A stretch of 64,000 bases of DNA, from contig CAVWFS010000019.1 of NCBI GenBank assembly GCA_963754315.1, forward strand, positions 608,001-672,000. Direction: 5' to 3'. A program made the position numbers and the translations under genes. This document shows positions 1 through 9,746 of this stretch, in pieces. The DNA is from an uncultured Candidatus Rokubacteria bacterium. Lineage in GTDB: Bacteria > Methylomirabilota > Methylomirabilia > Rokubacteriales > CSP1-6. The notes beneath the pieces are model-generated. The model saw nothing but the letters and a program-made list of their open reading frames with translations. It searched no databases and was not told where the DNA came from. The stretch's first letter is position 1. Each line of letters starts with the position of its first letter.

Positions 1-37
1 CATTCACAAGGCTACGCCTGCGCGTAGCTGACGGCGA

Positions 38-1300
38 ATGGCCGGACCCGCGCGTGGCCGCTACCGGCTCGACTGCGGCCGCCTTCTGGACGGGGTGGGC
101 GGCATGCTCCTGCGCGTGTCGATCATCGTCGACGGTGCCACCATCGTGGCCGTCGATCGCAGCGCCGAGATCCCCCCGGCTTTCCGGGGTGCCACCGTGA
201 TCGATCTCACCCGGCACACCGTGCTCCCCGGCCTCATCGACACCCATCTGCATTTCGGCATCGATCCGAGCCGTCTCGAGACAATGCTGGTCAAGGACCT
301 GGCCACGGAGATGGCGATCCGAGCTGTCGTCGACGCCCGGCACACCCTGATGGGCGGCATCACCTCCACCCGACTCATGGGCACCCTGAAGGGCTTCGGC
401 GACATCGCGTTGCGTAACACCATCGAGGAAGGGCTCGTGCCGGGCCCGCGCATCCTCGCCTGCGGCGAGATGATCTCGATCCCCGGAGGCCACGGCGAGA
501 TCGTGGTAGCCGCCCCCGAGCATCGGCTGAACCTTGCCACTGCCATCGCGAGCGGCCCCGACGACTGCCGGCGCGCGGCGCGCGAGCTGATTCGCCGCGG
601 CGTGGATTTTCTCAAGGTCGCCGCCAGCGGTGGCATGTTCTCGCAGGCAGATGAGATTGGTCCGCGCCAGCTCACCGCCAGCGAGATGCGCGCCATCGTG
701 GAGGAAGGCCTCGCCCACGGGCGGCCGGTCGCTGCCCACGCCCAGGGGCTGGCCGGTATCCGCGAGGCCCTCACCGCCGGCGTGAGCTCGATCGAGCATG
801 GCTTCTTTCTCGACGAGGCCACGGTGGAGACGATGGTGAGGCAGTCGACGTTTCTGGTGCCCACCCTCTCGGTCCCGGTGGAGTTCCTCCGACGGGGCAC
901 GGCCGGTGGACTGCCCGACTACGCTGTGCGGAAGGCGCGCGGCGTGGTGGAGGCCACGCGCGCGTCGTTCCTGCGCGCCTACCAGGCCGGTGTGCGCATC
1001 GCCATGGGCAGCGACAATGGGTTCCCCGACCTGCACGGCAAGAACGCGATCGAGATTGCGCTCATGGCCGAGTACGGCATGCGCGCCAAGGACATCGTGT
1101 GCGCGTCCACCGGCGTGGCGGCGCAGTGTCTCGGACGGGGCGACCGCATCGGTCGTATCGCCGCTGGCTTCCTGGCCGACATCATCGCCGTGCCCGGCGA
1201 TCCGCTCGCGGACGTCCGCCTTCTCGGCGACGCCGCGTTCGTCATGAAGGACGGGGTCATCTACAAGTCACCGTCGAATGCCGTGGGAGCACCGACATGA
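38..1300 (+). CDS. Metal-dependent amidohydrolase (prolidase-like/imidazolonepropionase-like family)
   Basis: PGLIDTHLH (HxH), VAAHA, SIEHG, MGSD motifs; C-terminal GRIAAGFLADIIAVPGDP. Confidence 0.9.
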   Translation: MAGPARGRYRLDCGRLLDGVGGMLLRVSIIVDGATIVAVDRSAEIPPAFRGATVIDLTRHTVLPGLIDTHLHFGIDPSRLETMLVKDLATEMAIRAVVDARHTLMGGITSTRLMGTLKGFGDIALRNTIEEGLVPGPRILACGEMISIPGGHGEIVVAAPEHRLNLATAIASGPDDCRRAARELIRRGVDFLKVAASGGMFSQADEIGPRQLTASEMRAIVEEGLAHGRPVAAHAQGLAGIREALTAGVSSIEHGFFLDEATVETMVRQSTFLVPTLSVPVEFLRRGTAGGLPDYAVRKARGVVEATRASFLRAYQAGVRIAMGSDNGFPDLHGKNAIEIALMAEYGMRAKDIVCASTGVAAQCLGRGDRIGRIAAGFLADIIAVPGDPLADVRLLGDAAFVMKDGVIYKSPSNAVGAPT

Positions 1301-2226
1301 GCACGCCCCGCGTTCTCGTCATCGGTTCCGCCAACATCGACTACGCGGTGACTGTCGAGCGCCTGCCGGCGCCGGGCGAGACGGCCAGCGGCGGTACCTT
1401 GCTCGTTAACCACGGCGGAAAGGGCGCCAACCAGGCGGTGGCGGCGCGGCGACTGGGGGCCGAGGTGCGCTTCGTGGGTTGCGTCGGCGACGATCCCTCG
1501 GGGGCCGCCGTGCGCGCCGCCCTCACCGCGGAGGGCATCGATGTGACCGGCCTGGTGACCTCGTCTGAGGCTCGAACCGGGACCGCGCTCATCGTCGTCG
1601 ATGCCGCCGGACGCAATCAGATCGCGGTGGCTCCGGGCGCCAATCATCGGCTGACCATCGAAGGGATCGAGGGGGCCTTGGCGGATCTCGGCTGGGCGCA
1701 GGTGCTGGTGTGCCAGCTCGAGACACCGGTCTCGACCGTGCAGCATGCGCTGGCGGCGGCTCGAGCGCGCGGTGTGCCGACCGTGCTCAATCCGGCTCCC
1801 GTGCAGGCCGTGCCGGATGAGGTCTGGCCGCTCGTCGACTACCTCACGCCCAACGAGGGTGAGGCCGCGCAGCTGAGCGGGTTGGCGGTGGGCAGCCTCG
1901 ACGAGGCCCGCGCGGCCGGGCGGGCGCTGGCCGCGCGCGGACCGCGGACGGTCGTGGTAACCCTCGGCGAGCAGGGGGCCATCGCGTGTGGCGCCACGTC
2001 GTCCCTGCACGTTCCTGCGCTGCCCGTCCGCGCCGTCGACACCACGGCCGCCGGCGATGCGTTCAACGCGGCCCTTGCGGTGGGCATCGCACGCGGGCAG
2101 CCGTTGGCAGGCGCTCTCAGATTTGCCGCGATTGCGGCCGGGTTGACCTGTACCCGGCGGGGAGCCCAAGACTCGCTGCCGAGGGGAGACGAGGTCGAGG
2201 CCGCCCTCATTCGCGGTTCCGTCTGA
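1297..2226 (+). CDS. rbsK: Ribokinase (PfkB family)
   Basis: GGKGANQAVAA, PNEGEA and DTTAAGDAF signatures; ATG at 1297 overlaps the upstream stop. Confidence 0.85.
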   Translation: MSTPRVLVIGSANIDYAVTVERLPAPGETASGGTLLVNHGGKGANQAVAARRLGAEVRFVGCVGDDPSGAAVRAALTAEGIDVTGLVTSSEARTGTALIVVDAAGRNQIAVAPGANHRLTIEGIEGALADLGWAQVLVCQLETPVSTVQHALAAARARGVPTVLNPAPVQAVPDEVWPLVDYLTPNEGEAAQLSGLAVGSLDEARAAGRALAARGPRTVVVTLGEQGAIACGATSSLHVPALPVRAVDTTAAGDAFNAALAVGIARGQPLAGALRFAAIAAGLTCTRRGAQDSLPRGDEVEAALIRGSV

Positions 2227-2376
2227 ATTCTCGTCTGGCCCAGACCCCAGGAACCGACTAGAATACCCGGCGGTTTCGGATGTGCTGATCCTGCCATCAC
2301 GACGACGTGCGCGACCCGGCGATTCGTCGATCTTCGTCTTACATGCAAGGCATCTCAGCGCGAGGAGGCAACGACA

Positions 2377-3642
2377 ATGAACACGACCCGGCGAAACTTC
2401 ATCAAAGTCCTGGGCGGCGGGGCGGCCGCGACCCAGCTCGGCGCCGCCCCCGCCTTCGCCCAAACTGGGACCGTCAAGCTGGGCGTTCTGGTCATCAAAT
2501 CGGGCGTGGCCGCCCAGGTCGGCGAGTCCGGTCTGCGCGGAACCCAGTGGGGGGTCGACCGGGTCAATGCGGGAGGAGGCATCCTCGGGCGCAAGATCGA
2601 GCTCGTGGTCGAGGAAGAGTCGAGTCCCAAGGACACCGTGGAGCGCTTCCGTAAGCTCGCCCTGCAGAACAAGGTGGACGTGATCACGGGCGGTATCTCG
2701 ACTGGTGTCGGGCTCGCATTGGGTCCGGTGGCCGAGGAGCTCAAGGCACTCTGGTTGTCCTGGGACGCCACCACCCAGAAGGGCGTCGAGGAGACGATGC
2801 CCAAGCCGAAGTACGCGTTCCGCTCCTGCGACAACGAGTGCGAGGCGATCATGGCCTCCATCCTCACCGCCCGTAACTGGAAGGGCAAGATCAAGACCGT
2901 AGCCGGGATCAACCCCGACTACTCGTACGGGCGCGACAACTGGGCCGCCTTTCTTGCGGTCATGAAGCGGTACGACATGGGGGTTACCCCCGTGGTCGAT
3001 CTCTGGCCCAAGCTCGGGACCACGGACTTCACCTCTCACGTCGCGGCTCTCCAGCAGGCCAAACCCGACCTCATCTTCTCCTCCTTCTGGGCAGCGGACG
3101 CCTCGATCTTCCTGAAGCAAGCGCACGCGGCGGGCCTCATCCCCGCTACCCGGCTCGTCTTCACCACGGCCGGCGGCGTGCACGAGACGCTCAAGAAGGC
3201 CTTCACGCCGGAGGGCATGATCCTCGGCTACAACACCATGTACTTCGAGGATCCCAAGGCGAGCGCGCTCCAGAAGGAGTTCGTCAAGTGGCACCAGGAG
3301 AAGTTCAAGGAATGGCCGAACTACGAGTCCGACCACGCGTACTTCACGGTGGTGGCCTACAAGGCGGCCGTGGAAAAGGCGGCCAAGGCGGCGGGGGGCA
3401 AGTGGCCCACACCCGAACAGATCATCCCGGCCTTGGAGGGGCTCGAGGTGGAATCCTTGTCGGGGATGCGCCGCTACCGCGAGGATCACATCATGGAGGC
3501 CAACTTCTACCAGGGCTTCACCACCTACAAGAACAGCTACGACTTCGTGACCATCAATCCCGTCGAGATGATGACCACCAAGCAGGTGCAGAAGCCTTCC
3601 GGCGTCGGCCTCTACGACTGGATCAACGGCTGGAAGGTGTGA
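2377..3642 (+). CDS. LIV-type ABC transporter substrate-binding protein with Tat signal
   Basis: TRRNFIK twin-arginine leader; VNAGGGILGRKIELVVEE; GAGGAGG RBS. Confidence 0.9.
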   Translation: MNTTRRNFIKVLGGGAAATQLGAAPAFAQTGTVKLGVLVIKSGVAAQVGESGLRGTQWGVDRVNAGGGILGRKIELVVEEESSPKDTVERFRKLALQNKVDVITGGISTGVGLALGPVAEELKALWLSWDATTQKGVEETMPKPKYAFRSCDNECEAIMASILTARNWKGKIKTVAGINPDYSYGRDNWAAFLAVMKRYDMGVTPVVDLWPKLGTTDFTSHVAALQQAKPDLIFSSFWAADASIFLKQAHAAGLIPATRLVFTTAGGVHETLKKAFTPEGMILGYNTMYFEDPKASALQKEFVKWHQEKFKEWPNYESDHAYFTVVAYKAAVEKAAKAAGGKWPTPEQIIPALEGLEVESLSGMRRYREDHIMEANFYQGFTTYKNSYDFVTINPVEMMTTKQVQKPSGVGLYDWINGWKV

Positions 3643-4540
3643 GGCTGATCGCCCTCTGATCGCGCAGAGCCTCAACATCCTGCTGGGCGGCGTGTTCCAC
3701 GCGGCCACCCTGTTCCTGGTGGCCGCGGGCCTGCAGCTCGTCTTCGGCGTGCAGAAGATCGTCAATCTGGCCTGCGGTTCCTTCTACGCGTTGGGGGCTT
3801 ACTTCGGGATCTCGGTGGTGACCTGGGCTCTGCAGGCCGGGTTGCCTCCTCCCCTGTTCCTTCCCGTGCTGGTGGCGGCCGGCCTCGTGCTGGCCGCCAT
3901 CGGGCCCCTGGTCGAGCGCCTCCTGCGCCTCATCTACGATCGTGACGAGAGCTTCCAGATGTTGCTCACCTTCGCTCTCGTCCTCATGTTCGAGGACGTC
4001 ATCCGGCGCTTGTGGGGGACTTCTCCCTATCAGCTCGGCCAGGTCTATCTCGCCTACGGCCAGCTCCGCGTGGCCGGACTCACCATCCCCGTCTACAACC
4101 TCATCGTCATCGCGGCTGGCGTCGCCATCGCCGCCCTCATGGGGTGGTTCCTCGCCCGCACGCGGTTCGGGCGCATCGTGCGGGCCAGCGCCGAGAATCG
4201 CGCGATGAGCGAAGCCCTCGGCGTCGACATGTCGCGCCTCTACGCACGCGTCTTCACTTTGGGGACGGCCCTGGGGACGGTAGGCGGCGCCCTGGTGGTG
4301 CCGGCCACGGCGGCCTCCATCGAGATCGCGGTGGAGCTCATCGTGGAGGCGTTCGCGGTCGTGGTCATCGGGGGTCTGGGAAGCATGCGGGGCGCCTTCG
4401 TGGGTGCCCTCATCGTGGGCGTCATGCGCGCGGTGGCCATCGCCACCTATCCCGAAGTCGAGATGCTGGCCATCTATCTGGTGGTCGTCGCCGTCCTCGT
4501 CCTGCGGCCGGCTGGCCTCTTCGCCAGGGCAGCGGCGTGA
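3639..4540 (+). CDS. LIV-type ABC permease (LivH-like); start uncertain, probable 1-nt deletion near 3655
   Basis: GLQLVFGVQKIVNLACG and VVIGGLGS motifs; the frame is open upstream of 3692 (LIAQSLNILLGG); GTG at 3639 joins it if one base is added. Confidence 0.85.
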
Positions 4541-5484
4541 TACGGGCCTGGGTCCTCGCCGGAGCCGTGCTGGCCGTGCTCCTGGTACCGCTCCTGGGAC
4601 GCGACTACTACGCGACTCTGATGCTGCCGTTCTTCGGCTACGGCATCGCGCTCCTCGGGCTCAATCTGCTCTTCGGCTACACGGGCCTGCTCTCCTTCGG
4701 CCACGCCCTCTTCGTCGCTCTCGGCGCCTACGTGGCCGCCTTCTTCACCACGCGGCTCGGCATCCTGCACCTGGAGCTGATCCTGCTCGCCTCCATCCTG
4801 GCCGCGTTGGTGGTAGCCGTTCCCACCGGGCTCCTCTGCGTCCGCTACGTCAAGATCTACTTCGGCATGTTGACCCTCGCGTTCGGAATGCTGTTCTATT
4901 CGTTCCTGTACAAGTTCTATCACCTGACCGGCGGCGACGAGGGCATGAGAGTGCTGCGACCGAGGCTCTTCGGGCAGAGCTTCGAGTCCCTCGACAAGGT
5001 GCCGTTCCTCATCGGGCCGTACTACTACTACTCGCTGGCTCTACTCCTGGTGGCGGCGTTCGTGATGTGGCGCATCGTGCGTTCGCCCTTCGGTTTGTGC
5101 CTGCGCTCGATTCGCGAGAATCCCGACAAGGCCGAGTACCTCGGGGTGAGCGTCCGGCGTTATCGCTTCCTGGCCTTTCTCATCGCGGGGTTGTTCGGAG
5201 CGGTGGGGGGGACTCTGCTGACCATCCCCACCGGGCTCGCCGATCCGCTCCTCGCCTACTGGACACACTCTGGGAATCTCGTCTTCATGATGGTCCTGGG
5301 CGGCTTCGCGAATTTTCTCGGTCCCCTGCTCGGCGCCTTTGTGTTCATCTTCCTTCAGGATCAGATCATGTCGCTCACCGAGTACTGGCGTTTCGTGTTC
5401 GGGGCCATCCTGGCCATCGTGGTGATCTTCTTCCCGCGGGGGCTCATGGGGCTCTTCGAGGGACAGGCTAAGGCGCGCGGGTGA
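4537..5484 (+). CDS. LIV-type ABC permease (LivM-like)
   Basis: LNLLFGYTGLLSFGHA, TGGDEG, RENPDKAEYLG; GTG overlaps the upstream TGA. Confidence 0.9.
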   Translation: MIRAWVLAGAVLAVLLVPLLGRDYYATLMLPFFGYGIALLGLNLLFGYTGLLSFGHALFVALGAYVAAFFTTRLGILHLELILLASILAALVVAVPTGLLCVRYVKIYFGMLTLAFGMLFYSFLYKFYHLTGGDEGMRVLRPRLFGQSFESLDKVPFLIGPYYYYSLALLLVAAFVMWRIVRSPFGLCLRSIRENPDKAEYLGVSVRRYRFLAFLIAGLFGAVGGTLLTIPTGLADPLLAYWTHSGNLVFMMVLGGFANFLGPLLGAFVFIFLQDQIMSLTEYWRFVFGAILAIVVIFFPRGLMGLFEGQAKARG

Positions 5485-6245
5485 GCTCACCGTTGCTGGA
5501 AGCGCAAGGCGTGCGCGCGCTCTATGGCGACTACGTGGCTCTCGACGGCGTGAGCCTGGCCGTGGACGAGGGGCAATTCGTGTCCATCGTCGGGCCCAAC
5601 GGGGCGGGCAAAACGACCCTGGTCAACGTCCTCACCGGCCTCCTGCGGCCGAGCACGGGGACCGTGCGCTTCAAGGGCGAGAACATCGCCGGGATCGGAC
5701 CCGTGAGGTTGGCCGCCCTCGGCATGGCCCGCAGCTTCCAGCTTGTCAACATCTTCCCCGCCCTCACCGTGGCCGAAACCATCGCGGTAGCCGTGGTCTC
5801 GCAGCTCGGGCGCGGCCTCTCCTGGTGGGCCACCCTAGGTCGCGACCAGCGAGTGACGGCGCGGGTGGCCGAGGTGGCTGATCTCTTCGGCTTCGCCACC
5901 AAGCTCGATCTCCCGGCGCGCACGTTGTCCCAGGGCGACAAGAAACTGCTCGACGTCGCGAGCGCCTTCGCGCTGATGCCCCAAATCATCCTGCTCGACG
6001 AGCCGACGAGCGGCGTCAGCACCCGCGACAAGAACACCATCATGGAAACCCTGGTGGGCGCGGCCAAGCGGATCGGAATCAAGGCCATCATTCAGGTCGA
6101 GCACGACATGGACATCGTGTTTTCGTACTCCGACCGCATCATCGCCTTGCACCAGGGTCGGGTCCTGGCCGACACCACCCCCGAGGGCATCCGCCGGGAC
6201 GAGCAGGTGGTCGCAACCGTCATCGGCAAGACCCACCGTTCGTAA
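5481..6245 (+). CDS. LIV-type ABC ATPase (LivG-like)
   Basis: Walker A GPNGAGKT, LLDEPTSG, VEHDM. Confidence 0.92.
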   Translation: MSSPLLEAQGVRALYGDYVALDGVSLAVDEGQFVSIVGPNGAGKTTLVNVLTGLLRPSTGTVRFKGENIAGIGPVRLAALGMARSFQLVNIFPALTVAETIAVAVVSQLGRGLSWWATLGRDQRVTARVAEVADLFGFATKLDLPARTLSQGDKKLLDVASAFALMPQIILLDEPTSGVSTRDKNTIMETLVGAAKRIGIKAIIQVEHDMDIVFSYSDRIIALHQGRVLADTTPEGIRRDEQVVATVIGKTHRS

Positions 6246-6961
6246 TGCTGCAGCTCTCCGGGTTGAACGTCTCGATCCAGGCCAGCCACATCCTGCACGA
6301 TGTCAGCCTGGAAGTGGGAGCCCGCGAGCTTGTCTGCCTGGTCGGCCGCAACGGCGCCGGCAAGACGACGACATTGCGCACCATCATGGGTTACCTACGC
6401 CCGGAGAGCGGCACCATCGCATTCCAGGGCCACTCGCTGGTGGGCCGACCCACCCACGCCATCGCCACTCTGGGCATCGGCTTCTCCCCCGAGGAGAGCG
6501 CGATCTTCGGCGATCTCACGGTGGCCGAAAACATCGAGATGGCCACCTGGACGCGTCCAAGCGGACGGCCCGCCGCCGAGCGGGTGGCCCTCGCCTACGA
6601 GGTGTTTCCCCGCCTGAAGGGCTACGGGGCGCGCGGGGGCAATCAGCTCTCGGGCGGGGAGCGCAAGATGCTCTCCATCGCCCGCGCCCTCGCCCTCGAT
6701 CCCGACCTGCTCCTCCTCGACGAGCCGTTCGAAGGCCTCTCCCCCGCCATCATTCCGTCTATCAGCGAGAGCATCGCCGCCATTGCCCGCCGCGGGCACG
6801 GCATCCTGCTCGCGGAGTCGAACATTCACCACGTGCCCGAGTACACCACGCGTCTCTACGTCATCGAGCGAGGGGAGATCATCTTCGCCGGCTCGCCGCA
6901 CGACGCCCACCGCGATGGGGCTGTCTTGCGTATCATCGGGGGGGCTCCCGCCGACTCCTGA
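6245..6961 (+). CDS. LIV-type ABC ATPase (LivF-like)
   Basis: GRNGAGKTT, LSGGE, LLLDEP. Confidence 0.92.
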   Translation: MLQLSGLNVSIQASHILHDVSLEVGARELVCLVGRNGAGKTTTLRTIMGYLRPESGTIAFQGHSLVGRPTHAIATLGIGFSPEESAIFGDLTVAENIEMATWTRPSGRPAAERVALAYEVFPRLKGYGARGGNQLSGGERKMLSIARALALDPDLLLLDEPFEGLSPAIIPSISESIAAIARRGHGILLAESNIHHVPEYTTRLYVIERGEIIFAGSPHDAHRDGAVLRIIGGAPADS

Positions 6962-6983
6962 GAACGATCGGGCATCCAGGGCC

Positions 6984-7100
6984 ATGCGGAATTTGCTGAT
7001 CTCGAACGGCATCCTCACCCGGGCCGGGAAGCTCAACCGGGAGACGGCGGCCAGGCTCGGCTGGACAGTCAACGACGATGAGGGTACCGTACAGCGCTGA
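6984..7100 (+). CDS. Small ORF (38 aa) or C-terminal gene remnant
   Basis: MRNLLISNGILTRAGKLNRETAARLGWTVNDDEGTVQR; GC-rich third positions; no clear RBS. Confidence 0.35.
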   Translation: MRNLLISNGILTRAGKLNRETAARLGWTVNDDEGTVQR

Positions 7101-7204
7101 TCCGGCGTCGGTGATCGGGTTGGCGGGGGGACCCTGATGATGCGAAAGTGCCGCGATCGGCGTGCCGAGGCACGCGACTCCCCGCGCATCGTAGGAGGTT
7201 TCAC

Positions 7205-8227
7205 ATGACCGCACCGTTGCCACTTATCCCCACCGCCGTCGTCGGCTCCCACGGCAAGCCCGGCTGGTGGTTCGCCTCGGTGAAGGCCCTGGAGCAGGGG
7301 GACTTCGGGCCCGCCGATCTGGACGAGATGTTCGACGACGCTGCCGATACCGCCATCCGCGACATGGAGGGAGCCGGCATCGACATCATCACCGATGGTG
7401 AAGTGCGTCGGCTCGACGGTTACGTGGACTCCTACTATGCCATCATCAAAGGTATCCAGCCGCTGCCCATCCGGCGGAAGGCGGGTCCGTGGGGCTACGA
7501 TCAGCAGACGCGCTACGAGGCGGTGGGCCGCATCGAGACCCCGACCGGCGGGCTCGGGATCATCAAGGAGTTCGAGTACCTCCGGGCCCACACCACGCGC
7601 CACCTCAAGGCCACCTGCGCCGGCCCTCTCACCTTCGGCTCGCGCATCCATCCCGGCCGCCTGTACAAGGGCGTGGTCGACGTGGCCGAGCGCTTCGCCG
7701 AGGTCATTAACATCGAGCTGAAGGGTTTGGTGGCGGCCGGGGCGAACTTCATCCAGCTCGACGAGCCCGCCCGCGGGAACGTTTCTGGCGAGGAAATGGC
7801 CCGTCTCTTCAACCTGGCCACCGAGGGTGTCTCGGCGAAGCTCGCCTTTCACATCTGCTTCGGCAACCGCTTCGGGCGTTCGCGCTTTCTGAGGAGCTAT
7901 GCGCCGTACTTCCCGGGCATCCTCAAGGCGCGCGCGGATCAGTTCGTGCTGGAGTTTGCGGGGCGTGAGCTGTCGGAGATCGACCTCTGGCAGAAATACG
8001 GTGATGGCCGTGAGCTAGGAGCAGGCGTGATCGACGTGAAGGGGTTCAATCCTGACACGCCGGAAGACGTCGCCAAGCGCATCCGTAAGGTCCTGGAGGT
8101 CTGCCGGCCCGACAAACTGACCGTCAACCCCGACTGCGGCTTTGGCTGGAGCCCGCGTTACATGTGCAACGAAAAGCTACGAGGCCTGGCGGCAGGAGTC
8201 GCCCTCGTCCGCAAGGAGATCGCCTGA
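7205..8227 (+). CDS. Single-domain cobalamin-independent methionine synthase II family protein (Meth_synt_2, Zn thiol-alkylating fold)
   Basis: GIDIITDGEVRR, IQLDEP, Zn ligands HxC (FHICFGN), E (VLEFA), C (NPDCG); AGGAGG RBS. Confidence 0.88.
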   Translation: MTAPLPLIPTAVVGSHGKPGWWFASVKALEQGDFGPADLDEMFDDAADTAIRDMEGAGIDIITDGEVRRLDGYVDSYYAIIKGIQPLPIRRKAGPWGYDQQTRYEAVGRIETPTGGLGIIKEFEYLRAHTTRHLKATCAGPLTFGSRIHPGRLYKGVVDVAERFAEVINIELKGLVAAGANFIQLDEPARGNVSGEEMARLFNLATEGVSAKLAFHICFGNRFGRSRFLRSYAPYFPGILKARADQFVLEFAGRELSEIDLWQKYGDGRELGAGVIDVKGFNPDTPEDVAKRIRKVLEVCRPDKLTVNPDCGFGWSPRYMCNEKLRGLAAGVALVRKEIA

Positions 8228-8230
8228 GCC

Positions 8231-8596
8231 ATGCCCAAGGCCGAACGGGAGTTCTTTACACCCGACCAGTTACCGTGGCGACCGGTGGCCGGCTCTGTCA
8301 CCGGGGGCGCGGGCGGTCCCGGCGTGAGCGAGAAGGTGCTCGCCCACGATCCCGACACGGGCGATGTGACTCGCCTCCTTCGATTCGAGGCGGGGGTGGA
8401 GACCCGAGAGACGATCACCCACGACTTCTGGGAGGAAGTGTGGATCCTGGAGGGCGGGTTGATCGATCTCGGCAAGGGGCAAGCGTTTACGGCCGGGATG
8501 TACGCCTGTCGGCCCCCCGGCATGGTGCACGGCCCCTATCGCGTTCCCGCCGGCGGCTGCATCACCTTCGAGATACGCTACGGCAAGAAGGCCTGA
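8231..8596 (+). CDS. Cupin-domain protein (ChrR/DUF4437-like)
   Basis: HDFWEEVWILEG and YACRPPGMVHGP cupin motifs. Confidence 0.8.
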   Translation: MPKAEREFFTPDQLPWRPVAGSVTGGAGGPGVSEKVLAHDPDTGDVTRLLRFEAGVETRETITHDFWEEVWILEGGLIDLGKGQAFTAGMYACRPPGMVHGPYRVPAGGCITFEIRYGKKA

Positions 8597-8636
8597 CGTT
8601 GCGTCAGAGCACCCTCATCCGCAAAGGAGAGCGTCG

Positions 8637-9632
8637 GTGGCTAAGTTGAAGTTCGGTCTCTGGATCCCGACCTACGCCTGGTCTGACAAGCGCGTCGGCA
8701 TGAAGAACGTGAACAACATCCGCGCGTCCATCGAGAAGTGTGAAAAGTATGGAATCGACGTGTGGGTCATCGACCACCTCCTCTCCGCTCCCGGCCTGTA
8801 TGGCAACGCTTGGCAGGAGCCGCTGAGCACTCTCGCCTATGCGGCGGCTCTCACCGAGAAGGTGAAGATCGCCACCGGCATCCTGGTCCTGCCCGTTCGC
8901 CACCCGGTCCTCCTTGCCAAGGAAATCTCGACGCTCTGTCACCTGTCCAACAATCGCTACCTGTTCGGGGTGGGCCCGGGCTGGTACGACCGCGAGTACG
9001 AAGTGACGGGTTCGCGCATCGAGGAGCGTGGCAAGCGGACCGACGAGATCATCGAGGCGGTCACCCTGCTCCTCACCAAGCCGAACGCGACCTACCAGGG
9101 GCGCTACTATTCCTTCAATGACGTCACCATCGATCCCCGCCCGCCCAAGATGCCCCCCATCTGGGTGTCGGGAGGGTCGCGGGTTCCGGACCCCACCGAC
9201 CACGACGTGCCCGTCATCGCCAAGACCGTCATGGACCGCATCGTCAAGGCCGGCCACTGGCTGTCGCGCTGCTCAGGCACCCAGGAATGGGTCAAGCGCG
9301 ACTGGCTCCAGCTCCTCGAGCACGCAAAGCTTCTCGGCCGGGATCCGAAGACGTTGACGTTCGGCCACTGCAACTTTACCCATTTGGTTGAAGAGAAGAA
9401 CCACGCGAAGGCAGTGGCCAAGTCGAAAGCGGCGTTCCTCCGGGCGATGGGGACTCACCGCTCGTATGAGCACCTGCAGGAATGCTACATGATTGGATCG
9501 CCCGACCGGATCGTGTCTCGCGCGCAGGATCTGGCCACGGCCGGATTGAAGTACCTCGTGCTGGGTCCGGTCACCGAGGATCCCGGACAGGTCGACCTCG
9601 TCAACAAGCACATCGTGCGCGCCTTCCGCTAG
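8637..9632 (+). CDS. LLM-class flavin/F420-dependent oxidoreductase
   Basis: VWVIDH, TEKVKIATGILVLPVRHPVLLAKE, GVGPGW, PPIWVSG. Confidence 0.88.
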   Translation: MAKLKFGLWIPTYAWSDKRVGMKNVNNIRASIEKCEKYGIDVWVIDHLLSAPGLYGNAWQEPLSTLAYAAALTEKVKIATGILVLPVRHPVLLAKEISTLCHLSNNRYLFGVGPGWYDREYEVTGSRIEERGKRTDEIIEAVTLLLTKPNATYQGRYYSFNDVTIDPRPPKMPPIWVSGGSRVPDPTDHDVPVIAKTVMDRIVKAGHWLSRCSGTQEWVKRDWLQLLEHAKLLGRDPKTLTFGHCNFTHLVEEKNHAKAVAKSKAAFLRAMGTHRSYEHLQECYMIGSPDRIVSRAQDLATAGLKYLVLGPVTEDPGQVDLVNKHIVRAFR

Positions 9633-9746
9633 TGTCAGAAGGCGATCGCCGCGCGCAGGAACAGAGCCCCCGCGTCGGCGCGTTGTATCCTAGGATCGAT
9701 GTACGTCACTGTCCTGCCGTGCACTACGAGAAGAGGAGGCACACCA

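Noticed and set aside
1261..3765. Long antisense and alternative-frame ORFs (this 834-aa ORF, 13742-15532, 44464-46011 and others)
   Set aside because: Shadow ORFs of high-GC coding sequence with no motifs, overlapping well-supported genes
7120..7200. Hammerhead ribozyme (CUGAUGA...GAAA) or SAM/cobalamin riboswitch before the MetE-like gene
   Set aside because: Only 3 nt where stem II should be, no UH cleavage site after the candidate stem III, and no riboswitch consensus recognised
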